Below, piece after piece: positions 38,886-53,117 of a DNA stretch of 64,000 bases; positions within the stretch are counted from its first letter, which is position 1; each line of letters starts with the position of its first letter. The notes beneath the pieces are model-generated. The model worked only from the letters and a program-made list of their open reading frames with translations. It ran no database searches and was not told where the DNA came from. The translations under genes and the position numbers were made by a program. This DNA comes from Octopus vulgaris (Eukaryota): assembly GCA_951406725.2 (NCBI GenBank), contig OX597816.1:88598001-88662000 (forward strand). The letters are read 5' to 3'.

Positions 38886-38918
38886 AATAATAATAATAAT
38901 AATGATGATGATAATGAA

Positions 38919-38958
<40 letters not shown>

Positions 38959-38982
38959 TTAATAATAATAATAATAATAATA

Positions 38983-39042
<60 letters not shown>

Positions 39043-39080
39043 TTGATGATTATGATGATGATGATAATAATAATAATATT
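38886..39080. repeat. (TAA)n/(TGA)n compound microsatellite
   Basis: Directly visible. Confidence 0.95.
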
Positions 39081-39464
39081 ATGCCCTGATGCAGTACCAG
39101 ACAGTGGCTCTCATGATTTCTGATTGGAAGTGTTATCATGTACATTGTTTTTTCTCGGTATAAAAGATGGGCTGCAGCAAATATTTTGCTCAATACCACA
39201 TATTTGCTTGTCAGTTGTTTGACCTTAATCAGTTGAGCATGTCCCTTAGTGTCTGACGATATGTGCATCTCTGATCACGTGCAGATGTAGTGGGGGAACT
39301 TCATAGCCATGTGTTGAGAGGGATTATTTGGGATCTGAATAATTCATCTCTAGAAACATGGATGTTTCGTTCAACATCCTTAAACAACTCATATTCAGGG
39401 ACCTTTTATATTTTACCCCAGTGTCACTTTGATGGCATGCACTGCTCTCTCACTCAATAATAAT
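39081..39464. mobile_element. Unclassified interspersed element bounded by TAA repeats (possible Dong-associated UTR or non-autonomous element)
   Basis: Higher-GC block with sharp edges, bounded on the left by the (TAA/TGA)n array and on the right by caataataat; no ORF. Confidence 0.4.
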
Positions 39465-39617
39465 GAGAAGAAGAATAGGAAAAATAATTAAAATATAAGC
39501 CACATAATAGTGCACAAAAATATAATCAGATGAATGCAAAAGAGTGTTTACTAGAAGTTGAAACGAATATCATGTGATAACATTATTGGAATACTGTGGG
39601 TAGCTTGCATTCATCTT

Positions 39618-40881
39618 GTAGAGTGTCGATAGAAAAATCGGCTAGTGTAATTGGAGCACTACAGCGTGGAGAAAACTGCGGACAAGGTGGGTAATTAAAG
39701 AAAAAGTAACGCAAGTACTGATGATCTTATTTTTCAGGTAAGTAGCAAATTGATTCGACAACAGGAAGTCATGGAACAACAAAATCGTTCCGCCATTGTT
39801 GTTTTGGCACGCGCCGAGCTCACTGCCAATAAAATTTTTAATTTGACGAAACTTCCAAAAGCCCCAGTTTATTGTGTATAAACAATTTAAAGAAGAGGGA
39901 AAGATTGATACAAAAGAAGACAAGACTCGAAGTGGTTCCAAGCACAATCCAAAGTTTCTCGCTGGCCTCAAACGCTCAGTGAAAGCCAACTCATTCACCT
40001 CCATGACAACTCTTGCAAAGTCACGCAATGCGTACGTTTCCACAGTGTTCAGGGCCATGAAGAGGTACCTTGACATGACTAGCTATTTCGACGACGCCGT
40101 CACCTCCTAACAGCCAAAGCCAAAGCAATCAGAACCGAGAGATAACCAAAGATTTTGTCATTCATCAAGCATTAAGGTACAGGAAAAATTCTCGTGTTTG
40201 TGGACGAGATGTTCACTGTGAATGCTAAGGTGAATCGCAGTAATTTTCGAATGATTGCATACAACACTTCTGACTCCCCTCTGTGACTAAGACTCAAAAT
40301 CCTGTCTCTGCCGTGGCGAGTGATAGAATTGTCATTAATCCACACTTCATTGAGTTTGGCTTCAAGATTGGCACAAAGCAGTAACTGGACATCCTGAAGA
40401 ACCCTCTGTTACCTTGGATGGAACAGAAGTTTGGGCTTGATAAGGGGGTGCTTATCCAGGATTTTGGATCATGCCATGCGTCAAAAGCAGCACAAGCCTT
40501 CCTTGGTGAGAAGATGCCATTTTTTGTGAGGGCCAACATCTGAACCAGTAATAGCCCAGATCTAAATATTCTCGATTATTTTTCATGAGGTGTACTTCAA
40601 GCAAGGATCAAGGCTTCACCACACTCGAGTGTCAACGGTTTGAAGACCTGCATCGTGCGCACGACAGGCAAATTAAAAAAGGCGGAGTTTGCTGCAGCTG
40701 CAAAAATCATTTCGTTCTCATTTGAAGGCAGTCATTGCCCAAAAGGACGGCTATATTCAGTGATAAATGGTTTTGTTGTAATAAACCTTACATTAAAATT
40801 ATATCTGTCTACTACCATTAGTTTAGTATTTATAACCATTTTTATGCATCGTAAAAATAATCTCAATTTATCTGCAACACA

Positions 40882-40887
<6 letters not shown>
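39618..40887 (+). mobile_element. maT-family (DD37D) Tc1/mariner transposon fossil, near full length
   Basis: KFLAGLKRSVKAN..; ILVFVDE; LIQD-(37 residues: FGSCHASK..SNSPDLNIL)-DY gives DD37D spacing; degenerate TIRs at ~39618-39640 and ~40869-40887. Confidence 0.88.
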
Positions 40888-40930
<43 letters not shown>

Positions 40931-41248
40931 ATAGATGTACAGAGATATATAGAGAGAGTGAGAGAGATACACAGACACATCCAGACAAACAGAACGATAC
41001 AAATAAACATATAAAATTCCTTGGGTGTGATATGCATCATTCTGTCTATCTGCATGTGTCTGTGTGTCTCTCACTTTCTCTATCGAAATCCATCTTCTGG
41101 TTTCTTAAGTAATTATTATCCTTATCTCAACTAACACTGCGGAATTCCTGAAGTAGATCCAACGGAAACACACCAGGTAGCCCGAACTGTGCCAGTGATA
41201 TACTCAGCACTTCAAAACACTAAACGACAAACCCATTAGTCCAGATAT

Positions 41249-41315
<67 letters not shown>

Positions 41316-41704
41316 TGTATGTATGTATGTATGTATGTATGTATGTATATATACATATACATGAATGTTAATCATGTGAAAATTTTCAGTCTCTACCCTT
41401 TCGTTATTTACATGTATACAGGTACATGTATAAATTGTAGTGATGCTTCATTCCCTAAACAGACAGGCATATAAAAACATAACAGCCAAAACACGGGATC
41501 TTTAGCGAGACGCAAAGCTTTATAGATTGATGTATCTGACGAGACTCAGACTGGAAAATTGATGCTACACAGCATGTTGAAAAATGTCCCACCCATAAGG
41601 GACAGTAGCAGGATGCGTCGAAACGACTGTTGTACAACATAAAGATTAATACCAAATTCATCTTCTCGTTTCTTAAGCAATTACTATTACACACACACAC
41701 ATAA

Positions 41705-41754
<50 letters not shown>

Positions 41755-41790
41755 CACACACGCATATATATATGTATATGTATGTATATG

Positions 41791-41828
<38 letters not shown>

Positions 41829-41930
41829 TGTATATATATATATATATATATATGTGAATTCTTTAGAATTCACTAGAATCTCAATTACTTAACCGAATAT
41901 ATATATATATATATATATATATAGACTACG

Positions 41931-41962
<32 letters not shown>

Positions 41963-42342
41963 TACGTCACTGCAAACTGAATTCTTGAAATATACGACAG
42001 CCCCTGTGCATACCAAGAGGAAATGTGCTGGTGGTTCTTTGTTGCAATGAAGTAGTTTTTATGTTTACTATTTATAGCAAGAAGTAAAATCTTCTGACTT
42101 GCATTCATATTCTTACCAAAGAACAGGGAAAAAAACAGAATTTATTTAAACAAAGAGAAAATGTATGATGATAGATATAGAACTTGACTAGATATACATG
42201 TATATTTGCATGCGTATGTTGTTATGACTGCAGGGCATTTGTAAATACGTGCAATGCATGTGCTGTTTTAATGAGCAGATGCTTTCACTATTTTTATGTA
42301 GATATCAGATGATTTATCTCTATATATACATATATAGAGAGA

Positions 42343-42392
<50 letters not shown>

Positions 42393-43000
42393 CGCGCACA
42401 CACACACATATATATATATACACTCACACACATACACACATATATATATATTTATTTATATATATATATATATATGTAAGTATATATGAATGTATGTGTG
42501 TGTATGTGTGTGAATATTTTTTAACATCGGTAGACATTGGTTTCGCACACTTTAATTTGTTTCGTGTCAGCCAACACTACATATTAGTGATACAAAGTAA
42601 TATTCAACTAGTATCTACTATTCAATAACAGAATATTCAAATATCGAGAATGCTTTTGTTACATGTGAAAGTTCATTTTATTAACCTTGAGGACCTAATA
42701 CGTTTTTTTTTTGTTTTGTTTGCTTTTTTGTTACAGCTGCAACCAAAATGAGAGGTTCAATATGCATTATGCACTGCTTATGTCAAAAATCCTAATGTTA
42801 AATTTTACTTTAAATTTACCCGAAGAAATTATTTCTTCGTAAAGCTGTAATTGCTTTGTTCATGAATAAAGAACACGCCCGTTTGAAAGAGCTGTAGTGA
42901 AATTTAACCCATATATAGATATGGTATTCATATATATTTCGATATGCATATATACTTCGTACCCAAAGAAGGAGCAATTTTGCATTCTTATATTTTCCTC

Positions 43001-43317
43001 GGCATGTTTCAATGGTTAAAGCGTCCGGCTTACAGTTTTGACGTTGTGATTACGATAACCCGAGCTGTATGTGGTGGTCTTCAGCAATACACTTTATTTC
43101 ACTGAACTGTAGAAATGATTTATGACATCACTGCTGCCAAGCTGTATCAACCCCTGCCTCTCCTTTGGACAACATCGGTGTAGAGAGAGGAGACTGGTAT
43201 GCATGCGTGATTGCAGGTCTTCCACACAGAAACCTATCCGGACTTGTGCCTCGGTGAGCAATTTCTAGGTGCAATCCCATGGTCATTCGTGACGAGGGAA
43301 ATGGGGTCTTTACCCTT
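43001..43317 (+). mobile_element. tRNA-derived SINE family D
   Basis: Head ggcatgtttcaatggttaaagcg..gattacgataacc, central cttcagcaatacactttatttcac, tail ggggtctttaccctt. Confidence 0.6.
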
Positions 43318-43655
43318 TGCTCCTGTAAGTTATCTTATTCCTTCTAATTTCTTCGGTGTTGCACACGAAGACACATATTGGTTTTTGAGAGAGAAGATAG
43401 CGTACATAGTCCTGCACATCTAAAAATGAAATAAGTTAATAATTGCTATTACAAAACGTTTGAAGACAGAACACGAATACAATTTAATAATATTTCTCCA
43501 TATCTAAGATCGCAACTTCTATGATTCAACTGATTGTGTTCACCATTTCATTGGAGGAGATATGAAAGTGGGCAATTTTCTTTAATGTCTAAATGCTAAT
43601 TTACGTCACAAAGTCAATGTGGTACGCGCATTTTCTATAATATAATTCTGGCTAA

Positions 43656-43909
43656 AGGCGGAGAGCTGGCAGAATCGTTAGCACGCCGGACGAAATGCTC
43701 TGCGAAATGAAATTTTCTCTGCCGCTACGTTCTGAGTTCAAATTCCGTCGAGGTCGACTTTGCCTTTCATCCTTAAATGGATTAAACAAGTACCAGTTAT
43801 GCACTGGGATCGATAAAATCGATTTAATCCGTGTGTCTATCCTTGATTGTCCTCTCTGTGTTTAGCTCCTTGTAGGTAGTAAAGAAATATGTATTTCGTC
43901 TGTCTTTAC
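43656..43909 (+). mobile_element. SINE family A (dimer truncated at the start of monomer 2)
   Basis: Full monomer, then gtatttcgtctgtctttac, directly abutting the Penelope ORF. Confidence 0.92.
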
Positions 43910-45330
43910 TGACCCAGTCTGTGAAACCCATCGCCTAATCAATTTTCTAGACATCCTGCTGAAGCCTTTGCTGAAATACATTGAATATTTCATTAGAAAC
44001 GATTTATACATGCACCTTCCAAAAACAATTAATGCAGAGGCATTATTGGTTTCTTTCGATGCTATCAAACTTTACACCAACATCCCATATGACTATGGAA
44101 TAAAAGCAATCAAGTTCTGGTTTGAAAATATCCCGAATTATTTCCGGAACGCATAAATCAGGTCTTAATTATTGAATCTTTAAAATTTATTTCAGAACAA
44201 TTGTTTCCTATTTGATGACACTTACTATCGTTAGATGTGCGGAATTACGATGGGAACGAAAGCAGCCCCTGTTCTTGCGAACCTGATAATGGGTTATTTT
44301 GAATTCGCCATATATGAAGTATCACTCCAAAAATATGGTTATCCATTTCAGCATTACATAAGAGAAAACTGGACAAGATACCTGGATGAATGTTTTATCA
44401 TTTGGAAGGAGACCATTGATAAACGTTTGGAATTCAAATTGACACTAAATGATATAAACAGTAACATTCAATTCACAATGGAATATAGCTCCCATTTTTA
44501 GATATTGTGATAAAAAAACAAAACAAATTATAACTGACATCTATCATAAACCAACGGACTCGAAGCAATATCTCCTTTTTCGTTCATGCCACCTGGAATA
44601 CGTCAAAATAAATATCCCCTTTAATTTGGTAAAAAGGATTTGCACAGTAGTGTCTGTCAGAACTAATCGAAACCTTCGTCTTCCAAAACCTCAGAACAAC
44701 ACTAACTGAAAGACAATATTTACCCTCACTTATAGACGATGGAATTAAGCATGCCAAGAAATTAAACATAAAAACACTAAGGATAACAAAACATAACATC
44801 ACAACTCATTTCAAAACAATACTGCATATATTAACCCACAACCATAGAAACAATGAGGCATACAACACTTACTAAGTAGAGACCCAAACATGAACAACTA
44901 ACAAATGCGAAGTTTTACACAACTATGAAACCAACGGTCAAAAGTGTGGACACTCAAACTATGGAACATGCCTCGACCGACTTGAAGACTCAGATTTCCT
45001 TTTCAAACAAGGAGAGAAGTTCACAATTAAAACCAACTTCACTTGTGCCTCTGAGAATCTAATTTATGTAATAACCTGCTCGGGTTGTGGACATCGCTAT
45101 ATAGGACAGACGAGTATGGCATTGAGACAGAGAACCACTCTAAATAAAGAGCAGACCCGGTTCCCGTAATACAGACAGATTCTTATAAGTGAACACATAG
45201 AGAGATGTGCAAATATTTCACAGTTTCACAGTTTTCCCCTTCTACCAGTACGAATAAAATTTATTTACAAAGAACATTTAAATAAAATTTATTCATCGAA
45301 AAATACAGAACACGTCTGAATACGCACACA
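43910..45330 (+). mobile_element. Penelope-like element ORF fossil (RT plus GIY-YIG endonuclease)
   Basis: NFLDILLKP..LVSFDAIKLYTNIP; GITMGTKAAPVLANLIMG; WTRYLDECF; IQFTME; TDIYHKPTDSKQYL; NFTCASENLIYVITCSGCGHRYIGQT. Confidence 0.93.
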
Positions 45331-45422
45331 TAAGGAACTTTGATCTCTACACGTATTTTAATTCGCGATTACATACACATCACTGTACATATTTCTCGTT
45401 ACTACTCTAATTTTTGAATTTT

Positions 45423-45455
<33 letters not shown>

Positions 45456-45722
45456 TCCCCCTCCACCAAAAGATGAACAATTATCTCCCCTGTCCACAAT
45501 AAAAATGATAAGCAATTACTTCTTCTTTGATTTTCCTACTTGTTGAAACATTCATTCATAAACACTGCACACACACAACATGGACGAAAAAGTTTTTCGT
45601 AAATTTTAATGACATGTTTAGCGAAAGCGAAACCAGTCGACAAACAATATAAGATATATTAAAATTATATTTAAACTATGTAATGTGGGTGCATTTCCCT
45701 TCTTTAATTTCTTATATATATT

Positions 45723-45757
<35 letters not shown>

Positions 45758-47182
45758 CATGCACACATACATACATATATACATACATACATATATATAC
45801 ATGCACAGACATACCTGCATATATATATCATCTAAATATATATATACATATATATATCTATCTAAATATATATATACATATGTGTGTGTGTGTGTGTTAT
45901 GTGTGTGTGTATGTGTGCGTATGTATTTATGAGTGGTCAGTGTAGGCTTGTGTATTCTGTTACAAGTGTTGAAACTAAATTTCTGTACGTTGTGCAAACA
46001 TCTAATATTCAACTTAATACGTTAAGTACAGCGATATGAGTGTCTGTGTGCGCGTGTTTATGTATGTATATGCGACTGTCTCTGAGTGTGTGCGAGCGTA
46101 CTTGGTGTGTACATGTGTGAGGATAGATAGATACATACATACATACATACATACATACATGCATACATACATTCATACATACAGAGACGATGTTATATGA
46201 ATAGGCATGAAAGGACGCGAGAGGGTGAATATATATATAAATATCTAAGAAATATTTAGTACTTCTCCACAGTATTTAATCACAGATAGCTATCATACAC
46301 TCCAGTTGGCAATTCAATGTTTTCTCTGATTGTATGCAAACGATATATATTACGTGAGTCTCTAAAAATGCGATAACACTCAACGTTTGATAAGAGAATC
46401 AAGCAGTATTAAATTTGTGCGTAATGTACTATAAACTTACTGCTATGTAAATATTACATAGCGCTCAGGAATTTGGTTACTGCTGTCATAATTTTTTTTT
46501 TATAGCAAATTATCTTAAGATGAGAAACATCTACACGATATATAACAAAATATTTGTATGATAAAGCTAGCTGGTCCGCTTAAGTAGTTAGTTGATGTGG
46601 TGGGGTAGGAAATAAAAAAAGGAAATGAAAAGAAGAGAAAGACACAAACAAAAATAATACAGTGCAAAAGAAATGTCTAATCTCTAAGTTATTTGATAAT
46701 ACACATAAATACTCGATTCATGCGTATACATTCACAAAGACTTACTGCACACATACATACAGAAAATGACATATACATACATAAATACACATACATATAC
46801 ACATATATACATATATACATATGTACGAGTGCATATAAGTAGAAAATTTTTCTTGGTTCGCGAACAGATGATAAATTACAATTATGATGTATTAAAGAAT
46901 ATTCTACGTTTATATATATATAACCACAGGAAACAAGTTATTGATATTTTGAGTCTTACACTACAATTGTCTGAATGATCACAAACAAGCCATTTCAGAG
47001 GGTGAAGGCATTGAAACAGAGAAAAAAATAAAAGATTGAAATATTGCCCTTATATACCAAACAATCATGTTCAAAATACCAATATTTTAGCTTCTTTTAT
47101 TCTGTTTGATTTTTGATTTTTAATTTATTTCTTTTTAAAGTTTGTGTTTGTTCTGATCGTACATATTTATCGCTTCTTCTAG

Positions 47183-48310
47183 ATAACTGAAATATGGTGG
47201 GTTATAATGGCCTCCTATAAAGACACAGAATAATAAAAAGAGTTGAAGCAATATGAAAATCCAGGTACATGATTACTAAAAGTCATAAAAATCATATTAT
47301 GTCTGGATTCGAAATACATGAAATTATTGATGAAATTCTAAATGAAATATTGGCTACGACTACATAGATAAATTATTCATGAAGTCTGTTTAAGATATTA
47401 TTCGAATTACACAATACTTCAATAATGCTTTGCTACAAGAACTTAATATTGAAGATGAAGATCTAAGAGAATATTAGATAAAATGTGATGTAATTAATCA
47501 TCACAGGTTTGTATTAATTTTCCTTCCAATTTTCGTAGAGTATTTATTCAGAACATATTACAAAATAAAATTTTGACTCAACTACATGTAATTTTGTAAT
47601 TTATTGGGGCATGTACCCAATGAAACTAACGACTCGTAAAGACTGCCACTAGCCGAAATGGAATTCAATATAAATTCAATAATCAAATCATCTTCGCCAT
47701 GTTGATCAATGTTAATGCACCCGATAAAAAATATAATGATTGACCAAAATCTTCTCGACCATACATATCGATTACGCAAAATCATTTTACTATATTATGT
47801 AGCCTGTATTTATGGAATAATTTCCCACATGTCCAAATTGCATCGACATCAATAGCCATTATTGAAAAGTTCCCAATACTACATAAAATTTTTACCATGA
47901 AACGACTGACCGAAACAATTATATCTGCGAATGGAACTCAATCTCGCCATCTAAATTTAAACAATTTTGCAGTGAAAATTCTCATTGAACATTTAATTTC
48001 TCCTATTTATCATCTGTTTTCAACGACAGTAACAGAACTTTCTGTTCAAGCGTACATACAAGAAATTCGAAAAGCATGCTATGAAGACAATTCATTGGTA
48101 GCAATAGAATAATCAAATCCTTTCTTCTAATACTGTTCTGCATCACATTTAACATTAGCAATAAAATTATTTGAAGTACTGCACGGCTGACAGTCAGGTG
48201 CATTTACATTACTGCCAACAAATTATATATTGGAACATCAGCATGTTTCAAGGATTATCAAAATAGATTTGTACAACTGCAAAAAAACGTTAAAATTTAT
48301 ATATGAATTT
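47183..48310 (+). pseudogene. DHC pseudo-exons: tail end and linker (DHC_N2)
   Basis: Acceptor ttcttctag at 47182. One frame 47540-48305 with few stops: LINVNAPDKKYND* (cf. L.NP.M..RHW), FTILCSLYL..ASTSIAIIEKFPILHKIFTMK (cf. FTL..LL..IS..A.KE..LE..L.KMK), ISPIYHLFSTTVTE (cf. SPF...FE..I.EW). Confidence 0.65.
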
Positions 48311-48354
48311 CGGCTTTCAATCTAGCATCAGTTCAGGCTGAGATTCACTTTTCT

Positions 48355-48820
48355 TTTCATCTTTAACCATTGTGTTTCCTTCGGCCAGACGCTTTGAAGG
48401 AGTTCAGGCAGATATTCTTTTGCAAAGCGCCATCTGCCTTACACTAGGGGCGGGAGTACTTACACAAAGACCACAATTCCATCCTATGGACCAACCTCTT
48501 GACAGAGCTGGGCAGCAAACTTGCCCTCAACCTCCTTCAGTGCAGATCTTACTCACTATGACGTTTGGTTTTTCACGAAGCCGGAAGACAACCACGGGAG
48601 CTGTCATTTTGAAGACATTAAAAAGATGAAGGCTGGAAATAGGGACTTGAATGTCTTCAATTTGGAGGAGTTTCATGGAGCCATCATGAAGGCTAGAGCG
48701 TTTCAAATGCATTGAAGACAGTGGATTCTAATTTGATTGAGATTAAAGTTTTGTACTTCTTGGAAATTAATAGACGGCTTCCCTAAAAAAGGTATCAAAA
48801 CTTCATGAATGCACATTGTA
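48355..48820 (+). mobile_element. Mariner transposon 3' fragment
   Basis: P/FSADLTHYDVWFFTK..HFEDIKKMK..EEFHGAIMK..CIEDSG (cf. PYSPDLAPCDFWLFPK..KCI...G.Y); TIR-like end caaaacttcatgaatgcacattgta. Confidence 0.8.
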
Positions 48821-49332
48821 TATGCATACATATATAGACAGGAAGAGAGAATGAAACAAGGAGAGATAGAGGGTGATGGGGAAAGAAAGAGTGAGATTCA
48901 GAGCTACAGTAAATTTATATATATACATATATATGTAAAACGTTATATATATATATATACATATATATATGTATATATACATATATATGTAAAACGTTAT
49001 ATATATATAAACGTGACATATATGTAAAACGTTACATTTAACCAGCTTTTACTTTTAGGTATGTATTAGCGACTGTTCACTGAATAAATTGTATATTCTA
49101 CATGTGTAATTACATTTCAAGGTTAAATTAAAATGTCACCTAACTAATTCTGAGTGTTTCTGACAGAAACAATTTTTAAATTAACAAATTACTATATAAT
49201 TTTGTGAACATATAGTTCTGAGTCTATTATGAAGTTATTTCATAAGAGATTCGTTTTCAGTAATAAACTAATACGCAATAAAATAATTATAATTTGTTTA
49301 ATTGTACATCAAAAATAGCTCTACATATAATA

Positions 49333-49836
49333 GCTTCTTAAACTGTTCGTGTTATAGAAGTTGCGTAGCTCTCATATATTTGTAGGGCACTGGCAAAGCT
49401 GTTGTACGATTTAGAAAACCCTTTGAGAACCGATAACAGGCTAGTTACAACGAAGCAGCATGCTGACTTCAAATCACACCTAGATAAGTTTTGCATTTCA
49501 TCCATCCAAAGACAGTAAATAAAGAAATAGATTGACGGAATTGTCAAAGAGTTGGACAAAACACGATATCCGTTGATATCTCTTCTGGACTTTTGCATCC
49601 ACAGTTCAAATCTCGCGACAGAACATATGATTGGTAGTCATAATCCACAAATCGATTTCGCATAACCAAATATCCTTTGGATAACTTTTAAACATTCCAC
49701 TCTTTTGCATGAGTTCAGATCAAGACCCCAGTTTGAGGATTCATTCCGCCTCTAGTCTTGGAAGCCTTGTAAATGTACACGGGCATATTCTTTACTTGGA
49801 GATAATTTAAAAACTCACTTGTTTGTGTTCGTAAAT
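49333..49836 (+). pseudogene. DHC pseudo-exon: linker continuation
   Basis: L*KLR (cf. LEKKR), FKSHLDKFC (cf. VQPHL.KCF), IDGIVKE (cf. I.GM.S.E), NI*L (cf. E.WL); donor-like gtaaga at 49837. Confidence 0.5.
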
Positions 49837-49884
49837 GTAAGATCAACACTTAGTTTCAGTTTCTCTTCTTGTTTCTTTCTTTCG

Positions 49885-50175
49885 CCCTTTTCAAGCCTAG
49901 GCAGACTCATGGGCCCGGTTTCCCGGTTTCTGTGGCGTATGTGTTTCCCCAATCTGGACGGGACGCCAGTCCATCGCAGCGTTGCTCAAGGAACAGGAAA
50001 AGTTGTGGCGAAAGAGTACAACAGGGGTCACCACCACCCCCTGCCGGAACCTCGTGGAGCTTTTAGGTGTTTTCGCTCGATAAAAACACACAACGCCCGG
50101 TCTGGGAATTGAATTGAAACCTCGATCCTCTGACCGCGAGTCCGCTGCCCTAAACACTGGACCATTTCGTCTCCA
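49885..50175 (-). mobile_element. tRNA-derived SINE family C variant
   Basis: Minus head tggagacgaaatggtccagtgtttagggcagcggac..gaggtttcaattc; its 3' part (gactcat..gccggtttc) matches 38353-38430. Confidence 0.82.
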
Positions 50176-50879
50176 TTTTCAGTTTCTCTAGTACATCAAT
50201 ATTACAAGAGCTAACATCTGAATCCTGCCAAATCAGATTCTTAAATAGTATGTTAGTTACACGCATACTCATATAAATAATGGCAATAAACATACATGAC
50301 TCAAACAAATAAAAGAATATATATAATATTTGTAAACAAACACGGCGGGTTGATAAGTTTCGGAGAAAAAGCGACTACTGAAGTCTTATATATATATATA
50401 TATATATGGTGGTGGGGAGAGTATGTATTTGTGCGTGTGCGTGAATCTGGGGTGAATCTGTATATAAGCATGTCTGCATTTATATATGCATCTATATTCA
50501 ATATACAAATATGTTATATTTGTGTATATATGTGTGTGTATGCGTGTATGTATGTGTGTTTGTATGTATGTATGTATATGGATTCGTAAGTATATGTATT
50601 TAATTTCGCTTTAAAATTCACCGCTTTTAATATCATTTTGGAAATGTTGGCCAGAGTTGGAAACGAACGGTTTTATACATTTACGATTATTCTTCAGGGT
50701 TCGTTTACATGACCGATGGGAAGGCGAGTTAACCTCTCCTCTCGCTCTCTCTCTCTGTCTCTCTCTGTCTGTCTCTCTCTCTCTCTTCTGTCGACAACGT
50801 AGATAACTATAACCGGCAGTTTCTAACATTAAACTCCTTGTATTCTGTGGACTTAGTTTTATTCCTTGAATAAATATCT

Positions 50880-53117
50880 ATATGAATATGAATCCAGTAA
50901 CTATTTGTTTTTATCATGTAACCAAAGATTCATTGTACTTAATTTCTGATTTAGCATTGACTAGTAAATAGCAGGCAGACTGTATTGAGCAGTTAAAATT
51001 GCAATGGGACGTTGAAACAATGATTTGTGAAAAGACATTATGAACAAATACAAATTTTAATGTTCCATTAAGGAATCCTAAAATATTTATGATTTTCATT
51101 TTGTTATGTTTATTATATCATCGGAATCAACTACTTCTTTCTAAACAATACTGCTCCAAACAAGACGTTTATGCTTTGATTTGTTCATTGTTTCATGATT
51201 TGTCATCAAAAAGACAAACAAATTGCATAATTCTGACTGGTATTTGTAGTTTCACTATTGATTATTTTTTTCTTCCTACACTTGTTTTAAATCATTCTAT
51301 AGAACACAGAAAAATGTTTTCCAATTTGCTTCAGGATGAGTCTGAAAAAAATTAAATTATACCGATCATCAAGTCTTCTAACTAAACTAATTTTTTCGTG
51401 ATTTAAACCTACCTTTTAAAAATGTATTGTTTCTTTCAACTAGATTTGCTTAACCAAATGAATATATCAGTCGCAGACACTATGCCAGGCTTTTTGACTA
51501 TAAGTCACTCATTCCGAATCAGTGTTATCCTGGCTATATGTACGAATAGCATATTCATTTCAATTGATACTACTGCTTTGAAACTAGATATACTAATAAA
51601 TTGTATAAGATTGTCAACTAATTATTTAAAAATTAAACTGATTCTAAATAAGCATAGTTATATTTAAATCCACCTTCAAATATTTGTGTTTGTTGGGTTT
51701 TTTTTCTACTATACTGTCTGATACCTTCCGAGTCAAGTTAACCGCACCACTATATCATCTTAACGCCAAGAGATTGTGATATCTCTTCCCACCGAAAACG
51801 GTGACACTTCAAGTTTGATATTCATTATTTTTAAGCTGGTAACCCGTTGTGAAAATTGAACTTCACTTCAGACTTTGTCAAAGCAACTCAACGAATGCTC
51901 AGTAACTTCCTTCAGTAACCTGAGTAACTTCAGAATGCTCATTACCTTCCACTGCATCATTTACACATTCAAAGAATACTAATGGAAAATCACACAGAGA
52001 TCCACTCAGAGTTGCAAGTTTACAGTGATCGTTTGAAAAAGTTGCCTATGAATGGTAACAAGAAACCGTTTATCCAATACCATAATACTTACAAAAGAAC
52101 AAACTCTTTTATGAATAACATTGTTTCTAATTTATCTTGCCTCACATGTACAGCTGGGTCTTTTCGTCCCTTATCAAGTAAGACAGATCTGTAATTGTCA
52201 CTGTTGTGATTAAAATCAAGTCCTTTTCTGTCGATTTTACTTCCAACTCTATACTGCACTCACTCTCCAACTATTGTTCCCAATTCTAACTATTTCACCC
52301 TGATGTGCATACAGTAAACCATATTCGCAAACATATCTAATTGCACTAACCTTAAAAATTTGATTGTTATTACAGTGTATCGGTCATTTAGCAGCATCAT
52401 TGTGGTTTAGAATTATAAAGGGAAAATTTAATATTATTTTGCTAATTGCGTCAAAATCAGATATCTTTCTAGCGTTCGAAATTTTGAACGACTTTGATGT
52501 TTCTATCAATATCTGTAAATATCAATATCACTTGATGTAAAGAACCAAACATAGTCTTATTATATTAGAAAACCAGTGTTTGGGATATTAATGACAATTT
52601 AACCCGTCAAGAGGCTTTACAACATCTAAACCATAGTCTTCTTTCGACAATTCGCTCCGCGGGTTGTTCGGTGCGTGGATAACCTCCTACTACTAGTACA
52701 CGAGGGTTTGAGAAAATGTTTCGGATATTGCCATTCCTCGTTCGAACAAACCATGGGAAATTTGCTAACACGTGATTCTTTATGAATCACCGTATTGTCT
52801 TCTGGGGACTGCAAATATAGAAAATACATTATTTGAACAATATATTCACTCCAGGATGCTTCTAATTGAACCTCCTAGTATGTAGCAAGATTTAAATTTA
52901 GCTCTAATATGCATTTGAGACATTATTTAATGATACACAATATCTTCGTACTTACAGTTACAGTTTTGTATATAATACAGCTAGACTGACTATGACGAAG
53001 CAATTTGAAAATTAAATGTATAAGCCGTGAGCGAAGTATTAGCGACAGGATACAAATGCTTGTCACAATATGACGAATTTTGAAACGAAATCTAATCGTC
53101 AATTTACGTCTGTCTCG
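50880..53117 (+). pseudogene. DHC pseudo-exon(s): linker end, AAA1, remnants through AAA3
   Basis: FYHVTKD..DCIEQLKLQWD (cf. IDVHARD..DF.W..QLRYYW), YCFFQLDLLNQMNISV (cf. .CFDEFNRI..EVLSV), TLSKQL (cf. LCSEQL), TIVP, HLRHYL, RERSISDRI (cf. HE..RVF.DRL); donor gtatgt at 53118. Confidence 0.62.

Noticed and set aside
48355-48445. Possible inverted 5' piece of the mariner element
   Set aside because: Orientation cannot be established without the family consensus.
48910-49035. Three copies of atatatgtaaaacgtt separated by TA runs (superficially array-like)
   Set aside because: Slippage duplication within a microsatellite; the spacers are simple repeats, so not CRISPR. The same applies to 27198-27375 and 41900-41970.
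49400-49780. Initially read as a CR1 RT fragment (KSHLDKF, LLDF)
   Set aside because: Motif order and position fit the dynein linker better.
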